Positions 11,150 through 20,935 of a stretch of 64,000 nucleotides of DNA are shown here, piece after piece. Position 1 is the stretch's first letter. Each line of letters begins with the position of its first letter. Source of the stretch: Cyanidioschyzon merolae (lineage: Eukaryota); assembly GCA_000091205.1 (NCBI GenBank), contig AP006494.2, one strand, 5' to 3'. The notes below the pieces were generated by a model, which was not told where the DNA came from, searched no databases, and saw nothing but the letters and a program-made list of their open reading frames with translations. The translations under genes were made by a program, and so were the position numbers.

Positions 11150-13462
11150 ATGGGTGAGGCGGTCGCACGGAGCACGAATGCTGCTCAGCAGGATCTATTG
11201 CCCTCCGACGGTACGACGAGAGCCCGGGTGCTTCAGTCAGAGAGTGCGCAGACAAGGTCATCAATCTCGGAGAAGCTGCTGCATATGACTCTTAGAAAAG
11301 GTGTGCGTTGGTATCCGAAGGCTCTTTTGCACAAGACAGACGAGCCACCGTCTCAGCCAGAGGGCGAACTCGCTCCGAAGCGAACCACAAAACTGTCGCT
11401 GTTCGAGCGTTTTCGTGACTTATGGAGCAAATGCAGCCTCAAAGAGCAACAAGTTGGTATGTGCATTCTCTACAAGGTACGTGTATTGCGTCTTGAACCA
11501 CTTGAGGGACGCAGTGTGCCACCGCCCCTGTTCCAGGCGCTCCGCGTTGGCTCCAAGGACGTCGACGGCGGAGACGCCGGATCGCACGTACAAAGGTCGC
11601 TATGGCCGTCGACTTTGTGGAGAATCTGCCTTGTAGCCATCTGGGACACCTCTCTTTTGGTCATGGAGGGTGTAGATTCCATCATTCTAGCGATGCCTGT
11701 GGTTGCCCCGGCTCTTGACTGGGGCCAGTTCGATTCCGGCCGCGACGCCGATGGCCGCCTTCGCACGCTGCCGCTGAGCGTCTGTCAGCTCATTTCGGAC
11801 CAAGCTGGGCCAGGGAGCCTGCACGAGGACTTTATCGGGGCCAGCACTGAATTAGAAGATGAAAAAAAGGCATCCGGGTCACCGATTCTGGTTCTCGAGA
11901 CTCCGTTCCTCGGTTTGGTGCTACAGTTTTCCTGTGAAGCAGAGCGCTCGCGATTTGCCGCGGAATTCGATGCAAAGAAGCGGGCCGCCATGCGATGCGT
12001 CCAACTCTATCACAGCGCTGTTCGCTTCGTGGAGTGCCTGTGGCTTCGGTATCGCTGGCGAACGCTCGTGGATGCTTCTGCAGTTCGCTTCGAGAGATTC
12101 CGGGGTCGTAGGGATCGTTCGTTCGCCACGTCGACCAAACCGATGCCCGCTGTGGTAGTGGCGGAGCGTTTCCAAGCGCTCTATCGCGCGGTCCAGGCGA
12201 GAAAGCTCAGAGCGCGTCTGGCAGTGGCATGGCAGGTTGCTCGCCAGAAGGGCATGAATGTTCGCATTGAAGGACAATGTCACGTTGGCGCTTCGCTGGT
12301 TACGAAAGCCTGGCTCAAAGCGGGGCGCGCTCAAGTCCAGTGGCTCCGCGCTGGACATTGCGATTCAGGCCCAGACTCATCTAATCGTGCGGATCCCATA
12401 CCCGGCGCCAACGGCAGGGTCTACACATGCAGCGGGGAGGACCTCTCGCACGCCCTCATTGCACGGTGGATCGTGTGCAGCCCCCGAACTGGGGAAACCA
12501 TAGACCAATTTGAGGTGCAGACAAGGCCGGTGACGATCTCCGCTTCGAGCAAAGAGGGGCTCCTGCTCCAGCGCTTGTTCCAACTGCCACAATGCCGAGT
12601 GCGCTGCGTCTACCATCAGCTCGGCGACCAGCAATCGACAACGTTGAAGGACAACGAGACATATCTAATGGTTCTCCGCTCGGATGATATCTGTCTGTAT
12701 CCTCAGGAACCCGAGCGTGAATCACGAGATTCTGCGGAGAACAGCTGCCAGCGACCATTATCGGTGTCCACTGGAGCGGACGTGGCCGGACCTTGCCTGT
12801 TGCGTTTCCCCTATCGAGCGCTGTATACCAGCTCTGATGTGTTCGTGCCTGCATCAGGACCACTTCTGCTCGTTGCGGACCTCACGCATCATATATATTT
12901 GGTGCTGGCAGCGCGCTCCTTTGCTGAGCGCAACGTGTTGATTTGCATCATCCAGCAACTGGTGCGAACCGCTGCGCCTTCGGTGCACGTCATGATGCCA
13001 CCAGCAGGAATCGCCCGTTTTGCTTTACAGGCAGCAGAAGCTGCTCAACGCCTTACAGCGAGTAGCCCTATGCGACGTCAACACCAGCCACAACAACCAC
13101 AAAAACAAGCGCCGCAAGTTATTCGGCAGAGCGATGCCGAGGACTCCGACTCGGAACCCTGCCCCAGTTTTGAGTCGAGTGGCCTCTGGGATGCGCCCAT
13201 GCTGCGAATCAGCCGAGACGACCCAGAGATGCGTCGAGAAGGTCGTTCCATGGAACTGGCCCGTGCCGGTTGGCAAGCCTTGGGTCGCGGCTTCGCAGGA
13301 CTCATGCACACAGGCAAGACCATTGCGTCGCGAACATCCTCGGAGCAATTCCGAAGTCTCGCGTCCAGAACGCGCGCCAACGATACGAGTCAGCGCGTTC
13401 GTGCCGCGATCCGGAAGCTGTATCAGGAGCATGTACGTGGCCCGCAAACCCGAGTCTCCTAG
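11150..13462 (+). CDS. Hypothetical protein, 770 aa, with an IQ-like basic helix; no confident domain
   Basis: Long ORF starting at a verified ATG at 11150. Contains RFQALYRAVQARKLRARLAVAWQ, which is IQ-motif-like. Confidence 0.45.
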   Translation: MGEAVARSTNAAQQDLLPSDGTTRARVLQSESAQTRSSISEKLLHMTLRKGVRWYPKALLHKTDEPPSQPEGELAPKRTTKLSLFERFRDLWSKCSLKEQQVGMCILYKVRVLRLEPLEGRSVPPPLFQALRVGSKDVDGGDAGSHVQRSLWPSTLWRICLVAIWDTSLLVMEGVDSIILAMPVVAPALDWGQFDSGRDADGRLRTLPLSVCQLISDQAGPGSLHEDFIGASTELEDEKKASGSPILVLETPFLGLVLQFSCEAERSRFAAEFDAKKRAAMRCVQLYHSAVRFVECLWLRYRWRTLVDASAVRFERFRGRRDRSFATSTKPMPAVVVAERFQALYRAVQARKLRARLAVAWQVARQKGMNVRIEGQCHVGASLVTKAWLKAGRAQVQWLRAGHCDSGPDSSNRADPIPGANGRVYTCSGEDLSHALIARWIVCSPRTGETIDQFEVQTRPVTISASSKEGLLLQRLFQLPQCRVRCVYHQLGDQQSTTLKDNETYLMVLRSDDICLYPQEPERESRDSAENSCQRPLSVSTGADVAGPCLLRFPYRALYTSSDVFVPASGPLLLVADLTHHIYLVLAARSFAERNVLICIIQQLVRTAAPSVHVMMPPAGIARFALQAAEAAQRLTASSPMRRQHQPQQPQKQAPQVIRQSDAEDSDSEPCPSFESSGLWDAPMLRISRDDPEMRREGRSMELARAGWQALGRGFAGLMHTGKTIASRTSSEQFRSLASRTRANDTSQRVRAAIRKLYQEHVRGPQTRVS

Positions 13463-14948
13463 GCGAACGCAAGCACTCCTCAGCTTTTTTTCTGTTATTG
13501 GCGGTACATATGGAGCTCACGAGAGGCCTTTCGAAATGATGTAGCATCGAAGGAGAGCTCGCCCTTGGCACCTCTGGTGCACTGCAAGTATGACACGGAT
13601 TGCTTTGGCGGGAGCTTCCTATCCCTACTCGATCTCTGTACGAAGAGGAGCACTGCATGACTGGGCGTATTTCCTGTGTGTCTGCGCGTACCTGAATCAT
13701 TCAGGAACGAACGCTCTGATCAAGATCCATGTTTCTACTCGACATCTAATCGAAGAGGCTTCGTGCATGACTTGCCAGAGATCTCGTACTTGCCTGAACG
13801 CGAGCCATTCTGGAACGAATACCCCGTTTTCGAAAAGCAGTTGCGGGCACAATATTGAATGGGATACCAACTTCTTTACTCGCGCTATTCGTCTCGGAAC
13901 ATCAAGATTTGATCCAGCAGGATACGCTCTTGGAATGCACGCGAGGCTTCGTCTAGCTGAAGAAGCGATACTGAGCGCCGAGCCCCCGAGCCTTCTTCCG
14001 TTTCGTGCATTGAGGCCTCTGGTCGCTCTCACGCCTCGACGTGTTGGTGCTGCGCGAGTACGCGCGCACGGTGCTCTATGCGAGGCCTGCTCCGACCCCG
14101 ATCCTGGGTTGCATCCAACCGCCGTATGTGTGGACGGACCCGGTGCATCTTGAGTACTGCGCCCTAAAAAACGGAACACTGTGCGGCACAGTTCATCCTC
14201 ACAAGCGAACTGCTCGCGAAACGTGCTCGCATTTCGGCGTGATTTGCATGCACCCACTGCGCATATTGCTGGGGTGCAGACGCCCTGCCCTGGCGCTCCG
14301 CTGCGCTGCAGGTGCCAGACTCGCTTGTTGCGAAAGCAGTTCCTCGAGTTGCCTTGCGCGGACGGACGCCAACAGTCCGAGCAGCTTTGCGCTGGCCTCC
14401 CGTCCAACCAGATAACAGTATCATCGGCAAGCGATACCAAAGCAATCGCAGGCCTCGTGGGCGTTTCCGAGGACTCGCGTTCGAGCCCTGTCTCTGGCGT
14501 GGGACAGGGGCGCCACGCGTGCATGGCCATCATGACCCATAACTGCCCAATTGTTCACATCATTGTTCGGTGAGCCTCGTTGCCGCACACACGTTTCCGA
14601 ATCAAGCGACTCGACCGGGTCCATGCCAATCCTGCCGCGTATACCCCGTCCCTGTTCCTGTTACGAGCGAGATGCAAATGTCGATCTCCTTCACAGAAGC
14701 GCCGTTGCATGGGTGGCGTCCAGTGCGGACTCCTGCCGATTCGTGCTGCTGCCGCCACGCGGCTCGACGTCGCAGCGATAGGCGGCGAGCCGATGTCGAT
14801 GAGGCGCACGATGCTGGCGAGCATGGTGAGATATATCCATTTATAATCCTAAAAGTTCTGAATATACCGTTTCATACTGTTTTTCGATTTGATCGAAAGG
14901 CGTCATCACCCGTTTCTGTCATCCTCCGATTTGGACGACAGGCATCTT

Positions 14949-17114
14949 ATGGCAGCCTGCAAACTCGAAACCTTTGAACCCGACTGGGATGGTCATGGAC
15001 TCTGGTGTATTTTTGCAGACGGCAGTCTCTCTCTGGCGTTAGTCCAGAAGGACTCTGGTCTACCAGTGCCTCGGCTTCATTTAGACGCAAAGCTTGTGAC
15101 CCAGGGTTGCCGTTTAGCGGCGTTCCCCAACGGCTGCTTTGTTGCTGAGCGCTCTGGTAGAGTTGCAGCCTATGTATTGGACGTTGCCGATGCAATCAAG
15201 GCCAAAAAACTGGTAAAGGCATGCTGTATGGTTGTCGAGAACGGTCGGACGCCCCAGGTTCTCAGCGTTGCAGTTTGCCCACAGCAGCCTCGTACTGGGA
15301 ACCTTCGCCTAGCACTTCTCTATGTGAGTGGTGCCCCTGATCCAGTCATCTACGCCGCCCATTGGGACGTTCCGACTGCGCGTGGCAGGCCGCAGACGCA
15401 AGTGTGGCAACGTTGGCGAGAGGCACCCATACTCGACGGATTTCTGGGCGTCGACGACGGATACACCTGGCTGCTGTGCGCAGACGGTTATCTGCTTGTC
15501 CTAGACCAGCAGCTGCGAATTTGCAAACGCTTCGAACTGCCGAGTGCAGCGCCCTGGGATCGCATGCGCCCTGACACACCGTCTCAGCGACTTGTTCTGG
15601 GCTCTGCCACAGGCTCGATACTCTGTTGTTCGGTAATGTTGACCCGCAGCAACAGCCTCGATGCGCATAACGTATCCGATTCAATGAACGGCCTTGAACT
15701 GGCATCTAGGGTGATTTGTAACAGGGAAAGCGGTGCAGGTACTCTGGCCGATACATCGACCAGGCTGCTGAGCGATTTCTGTGGCGCACGAGGATTCGTC
15801 CTCGCTGGTTTCAGCGACGGTACGTGCGAATTGCGGAGCGAGGCATTCGATGTCGAGTTACAAGGCGAGCGTGCTGGAGCCTACTGGTCCTGGCGCCAAG
15901 AACCGGTCCAGATGCTGCGCGTGGATCGCCAGCAAACCAGAATCTGGGCCTGGTGTCCGGGCGCTGCCATTCTACTCTGCTGGAACGCCAGCTGTCTGCC
16001 GGTTGTGGCTTCGCATGGTGCTCGGGACGGTTCTTCAGTGGCCGCTAGCCGAGAAACGACGACGATGAGTGCGTTCGAGTCGCAGCGTCAGCGAATGCCG
16101 ACCGATTTCGTTGTATCTGCATCCAAGGTCGTGACTGCTTCGGACTGGCGTCGCACGAGCATGCACCATACGCACGAGACTGGATCCGGTGCCGATGAAA
16201 GAAGCACGCCACCAATGCACACCGGATCGGAACGCGAACGCCATGACACACGCCAGCTGGCGAGTGCTGCGGAGGCCAGCCCGCGAAGCGGCTGCACCCT
16301 CTCGCCGGAGCCTTTCCAATGCCTTCAGGAGCTCGCAACAATTCTGGATACCCAGCGGGCAGCCATCAGCACATCGCTCGCAACATTGGACCGGCGCCTT
16401 CAGCAACTGGAGGGCGCGCCCCGTCTACAACGTCATCCAAGAGCAAGTACCGCTGCGGACGCCGCCGCGTCTGCACAGCAGTCCGAGCAACTTCCCGGAG
16501 CGTGCTGCGGTCCAAGTGACGAATACTCGCTGTCGTGGAACGCCATGGCGCTGGTAATCCGTGATTTGCGCCTAACGCTCACGGAACTGCGCATCCAATA
16601 CGAAGCCCAGTGTCAAACGGTGTATCGATCTATCGATGCGCTCAGATCGGGCAATAGCATCGCCGGCCCGAACTCGGTGCCTGTGAGTGGTGCTCGTTCC
16701 CCAACAGAGGCGTTGGGTCAAAGCGAATCGACCGTATTGCAACTTGAGCGTAGCCTGCTTTTGCCGTTACAGCAGAGCCGTCATTTGCAGCATGAACATG
16801 ATGAACTCTTCCAGGAATTACTCCTGGAGAACGAAGCACTCCGAAATCGGATGCGGGAACTCAACGAGGCCCTGGAGACAGTTGCTGCAGCCAATCAGGC
16901 GCTGCGTCGGGAGCATGCCCAGCAAGCGCGGCAACTCGCTGACATCCAAGCAGAGCGCTGTCGCCTCGTGCAGCAGCTCCGAAGCGCTGTCCGTGCTGCA
17001 CGATTCTTCTCTGAAACGCGTCCGGAGCGCGCTGAATCCGAGCTGCGTGAACCCATCTGCGTTGTCCATGGATCCACAAAGACGGCAACGAGTCGAGAGG
17101 ACTCGTTTCCCTGA
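14949..17114 (+). CDS. Hypothetical protein with a C-terminal coiled-coil region
   Basis: 741-aa ORF tracked from a TTG at 14889; the first ATG (MAACKLETFEP) is at 14949. The C-terminal roughly 200 aa are heptad-rich (LQQLEGAP...ELLLENEALRNRMRELNEALE...). Confidence 0.45.
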   Translation: MAACKLETFEPDWDGHGLWCIFADGSLSLALVQKDSGLPVPRLHLDAKLVTQGCRLAAFPNGCFVAERSGRVAAYVLDVADAIKAKKLVKACCMVVENGRTPQVLSVAVCPQQPRTGNLRLALLYVSGAPDPVIYAAHWDVPTARGRPQTQVWQRWREAPILDGFLGVDDGYTWLLCADGYLLVLDQQLRICKRFELPSAAPWDRMRPDTPSQRLVLGSATGSILCCSVMLTRSNSLDAHNVSDSMNGLELASRVICNRESGAGTLADTSTRLLSDFCGARGFVLAGFSDGTCELRSEAFDVELQGERAGAYWSWRQEPVQMLRVDRQQTRIWAWCPGAAILLCWNASCLPVVASHGARDGSSVAASRETTTMSAFESQRQRMPTDFVVSASKVVTASDWRRTSMHHTHETGSGADERSTPPMHTGSERERHDTRQLASAAEASPRSGCTLSPEPFQCLQELATILDTQRAAISTSLATLDRRLQQLEGAPRLQRHPRASTAADAAASAQQSEQLPGACCGPSDEYSLSWNAMALVIRDLRLTLTELRIQYEAQCQTVYRSIDALRSGNSIAGPNSVPVSGARSPTEALGQSESTVLQLERSLLLPLQQSRHLQHEHDELFQELLLENEALRNRMRELNEALETVAAANQALRREHAQQARQLADIQAERCRLVQQLRSAVRAARFFSETRPERAESELREPICVVHGSTKTATSREDSFP

Positions 17115-17309
17115 CAGGCATGCGGTACGAGCGTTCGTTTCGTGCAATGGAGTGATCGGTCGGTGTTCCGAGTAAGCTTCGCTTGTACTGATTCTGATCT
17201 GCAGCGTTTTGTAGTATGTGAAGCATGAACACGAACTGAGCGATCACGCACCTACTCGTGACGAATATGAACGACGCAACAACTTGTGCCGAGTCCATAC
17301 CGTGCACGC

Positions 17310-17310
<1 letters not shown>

Positions 17311-17340
<30 letters not shown>
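17311..17340. repeat. (GTT)10 microsatellite
   Basis: gttgttgttgttgttgttgttgttgttgtt, read directly from the sequence. Confidence 0.95.
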
Positions 17341-17696
17341 GAGATCATACGCTAAGCTCGAACCGGCTGGCGCACTTGGCGATCGATCAGTCTATCGCAT
17401 GGTGATAGCGTTCAGCTTGACAAGTGCTTGCGCTGCCTCGGAATGGTCAACGTGCACATAGAGACACCGTCGGTGTTTAGAAATCATGCGCTACAATAGA
17501 TAGAGAGCTAGATGGATAGGATGCGTCACGAGCAGTGCACTGCTGCTCGCATGCCATCAACAGTACGGTGTCAAAGTCATGGTGCTGGGTGAGCTTCACT
17601 AGGATCACCTCAAAAGGCGCCTTTCCCAAGGAGCGACTCACCACCAGGCTTGATCGCTGCACTGGACCAGCGCTGGGTGCAAATGCTCAGCGCCAG

Positions 17697-19289
17697 TCAA
17701 ATCGCATCGAGGTCTTCTGGATCCATTTCTACGAAATGTCGGTGTTTGTCGTTGAATATATAGATGCCAGTCAAGGGGTCGAGCTCAAAAAATTGAGGTT
17801 GCCACGTCTCTCCGGTCTGTTCGCGAAGGCTTCGAAGCTCACGCTCACACGCCTCAACTCGACGTTTCTCGACCGTCGCTCGTTCAAAGTCATTTCGTAG
17901 AAGCGCATCGGCTGTGGCCCGCCATACCGTTCGCGCAAACTTGGGAGGTTGCTGGGGTTCCGGTGGTATCCAGACCTGGATGCGACACCGTTCATAAACA
18001 TCACCTGCATTGTAGAGCAATCGAGTCTCACCATTGGTAAGATCCTTCAAATAAATACAATCGTCCCAACGTCCGTAGAAGCGGTAGCGTTTTTGCTCAT
18101 GGACGTACAACTTGCCTTCTACAGCGTGTTCGCTGCCACGGAGTCCAGCAAGAGACACTCCGCTGAAATCGAATTTGGCGAGAAAACCGAGCTTGGGGCA
18201 ATGAAAGATGCACTTTCCGATGCACTCTAGCTGCTGTTTGCCTACACCCAGAATGCCCGAGAATACCATCGCCGGGCGCGTCAGAATGTATTGTTCAACG
18301 TCTTGGGCGTGGGTGAGCTCCATGAGCGCGTGCCCAGCCATTTCAATCTTGAGAGAGTTTCCGCCGAAACTCGGGCGCGGCTCCATAACCGTATGGATAC
18401 GAACGCCAAGTCGACTATTCCGCATGTGCATGGCGGTTCGCGGTGGATGGTGCGATACCTGTTCGCAAAACAATGACGTAATGCCATGCGACGCCTCTCG
18501 GTGGGGAAACGCACACATGAACGTCTCGCCGAGGACGGGGTTAAATGGTTTCCGCAGCGAGCACTGGTTCGGAAGCCCGGATAGAAAGTACTGCATGCCC
18601 TTCAGAAAACGCTCGAAAGGATCGGGCTCGGTGGCCCAGGCTGCGAGCAGCTCTCCGTAGCGCATCGCGAGTGCTACCTTCTCTGTCGCTGAGAGCGGCT
18701 CCAGCAACCATGCCGGTAATGAGATGCTTGGCAAGAGTTCGCCAGCTTTGAGGTTCCGGAGAACCTGTTTGGCTATCTGGACAATGGAGATAGGCGTTTG
18801 TTCGACGGTTGCGCTAAGGCTCGTCGTGATGCGCTCGTCTCGTCGAAAGCCCCGTTCGTAGAGCGCTCGCTCGGTGGCGCTCCACGACTCCGAAACCTCT
18901 GCAGGCGTCTCTGGTGTCTGGGTCACAAGCGGCAGTCTATCGGCATCAGAAACACTGGCATCGGCATCGGCATCGGGGGAACACGAGCCAGGTCTCGGGA
19001 ACGGACTTGCTATGAAGGCACCCGCACCCGAAAGATTCGCCAAATCACTGTCTGACAGCGGTTCGTCGGCTGCATCCAGAAACTCCGTCAGTGTCTGAGA
19101 CAAATCTTCGGTTTCTAGTGTCTCGGCAGTCAGCTCCTCGCCACTGTCGCTGCTGTCGAGTAGGTTGCCGTCCGCCTCCAAGGCGGCCAAGACTTCGCGC
19201 CAGTCGCTCGCAGTCAAGAAACGCTCAAGACTCCGACTATGTCCCCGAGTCCTGACGTCATCGACCGGGACTCTGACTGTGGAGTCCAT
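17697..19289 (-). CDS. Oxysterol-binding protein (OSBP/ORP) family lipid-transfer protein
   Basis: OSBP fingerprint EQVSHHPP is present (FCEQVSHHPPRTAMHMRN) within an ORD-like region. The tracked start at 19334 is GTG; the ATG (MDSTVRVPVDD) is at about 19289. Confidence 0.85.
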   Translation of the reverse strand: MDSTVRVPVDDVRTRGHSRSLERFLTASDWREVLAALEADGNLLDSSDSGEELTAETLETEDLSQTLTEFLDAADEPLSDSDLANLSGAGAFIASPFPRPGSCSPDADADASVSDADRLPLVTQTPETPAEVSESWSATERALYERGFRRDERITTSLSATVEQTPISIVQIAKQVLRNLKAGELLPSISLPAWLLEPLSATEKVALAMRYGELLAAWATEPDPFERFLKGMQYFLSGLPNQCSLRKPFNPVLGETFMCAFPHREASHGITSLFCEQVSHHPPRTAMHMRNSRLGVRIHTVMEPRPSFGGNSLKIEMAGHALMELTHAQDVEQYILTRPAMVFSGILGVGKQQLECIGKCIFHCPKLGFLAKFDFSGVSLAGLRGSEHAVEGKLYVHEQKRYRFYGRWDDCIYLKDLTNGETRLLYNAGDVYERCRIQVWIPPEPQQPPKFARTVWRATADALLRNDFERATVEKRRVEACERELRSLREQTGETWQPQFFELDPLTGIYIFNDKHRHFVEMDPEDLDAI

Positions 19290-20101
19290 AGCACCAAACC
19301 GGCGCCCACCGCGACTAAGCACCTGGGAGCCCACTGCGGTTGCCGCTCACAGGCTGTATTGGCAAGTTGCGTGAAGAATCCCGGGTACGGTTTTGAGCGC
19401 TTGGCGGCGTTGGGTGGCGTCGTTTCGACATCCCTGCTGCCTAGCTGCAACCAGCGAGGATTATGGGTTTGTTTAGGGACTTTCAGCTCAAGTTTGTTCC
19501 ATTCTCGTCGCGTATCATCGAGCGCTTTTTCGTAGTGCATGGCAGGAGATCGTAATCACCATGCAACGTGTTGTATAGAGAGAAGGGAAATTGAATGAAG
19601 GACATTGATTCTTGACTGAACTGAGCAAGGAGGACTGCGTTCTTCACTCAGGTCAGTCATACTGCAGTACTCTTACGGTTGAGGAACACTGCAAGAAAGA
19701 CGTGTATAGGCTTCAGAGCAAAAACCGATAGTATGAAAGACTGCTCGTGGTCAACGGCAGAAAACGACCCGTTGATTGTCTTTTTCGGAAAGCAAAAGCG
19801 ACAATAGGAGACGCCACGGGGTCTCTATTCCTCACCAGCTTCTTCGAGTTGTTCGAAAACACTGGGATACAGTCGCGAAAAGTCGAGTCCTAGTTTACGC
19901 ATGACTATCTTCCATTAATCAGAAAGTCAACGTTCCTGGGACGTCATTGTCGGTATGCAGCACCGGGACGTCGCTTTGTTTGTTTCAGTGGATGAGACGT
20001 CATTCGGACCAGAGGGTCGGTAATCACACGAGTACTCGCGGAGAGGGAGCCTGTGTTGTGTTCAAGGGAACTGTTAGAGAACGATGACGTCAGGTATTCT
20101 A

Positions 20102-20935
20102 GGGATGTTGGATTCTTTTGGATGTCTCAGTTTCATTTGTAGAGAAGGCTCATACGATCGCTGTCTCGAATCATTGAGGTCTTTTCCCAGGCACCTGGTG
20201 ACGTCCCTCTATTGGAAAAAATGGTATTTCACCGTTCCCGTGCGTACGAACTGTTGCTGATTCTATCGGGGGTAGAGCTGCTTTTCATTCCAAGGTGCTC
20301 TCCGTAGTTCAGCCCCATCGATAGAGTGTTTTCCATTGTGGACCAAAATTGATCGCTCCACTCGGCGAAACGCAGAAGCGTTCAGCATACGGTAACGCAT
20401 CGGGAGTACACGTTTTCTTTCTTCTGGAAGCCCTTCCCCATCCGGAAAACTCCTTACCTAAGGGCATAAAGAAGTTCGCTCATTTGAAAAATGAAAAAAT
20501 TTACGTGAATGCTATGCATCTGGAAGTCGAGGGTGCTGAAAGTTACTCATCGCCGGTTTTGGCGAAAATTAGGAAAAAAATCCTCTTCACGCCAACCACC
20601 AAGCGAGCAAGAGCAAGTGATGAAGAGCAAGAAGAAAAGAACAAGAGCGGATATGAGCGAGAAAAGGTGTTTGTCCGACGGGACAATGACGCGAATGTAG
20701 TGGCACAGAGGGTGCGAGTTCTAGCAATTCTCGCTTTGGTGCGTTCAACCAGCGGCAATGCACGCGAGGAGTCCATGAATCGTGACTTCAACGCCGCCAT
20801 CAATACCAGATGATACGCGGTGTTAAAGTCAAGACCCGAGGAGCTGACGAAATCGAACTTTGTATGGCAGCCTCTCAAGGCCACAGTGAGCAAGTAGAAA
20901 CTGAGGCCGATAGCAGGCGCCGGTCAGAAACCACA
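20102..20935 (+). pseudogene. Degenerate TnpB/Fanzor-like RuvC-nuclease gene remnant, copy 1, including a conserved roughly 120-nt 3' flank
   Basis: ORF 20349..20813 ends ...VRVLAILALVRSTSGNAREESMNRDFNAAINTR*; RDFNAAINT is the TnpB-superfamily RuvC-III motif. Upstream in other frames: a RuvC-I-like GMLDSFGCLSFICREGSYD at about 20105, and a RuvC-II-like NAMHLEVEG at about 20510. An in-frame stop lies upstream at about 20322. The 3' flank is homologous to the flanks of copies 2 and 3. Confidence 0.5.

Noticed and set aside
13590-14533. Overlapping ORFs 13590..14153 + (187 aa) and 13697..14533 - (278 aa)
   Set aside because: They are mutually overlapping on opposite strands, Arg/Ala/Pro-rich, and recognisable in neither orientation. 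I treat the region as intergenic between the 11150 and 14949 genes and report only the palindromic repeats in it.
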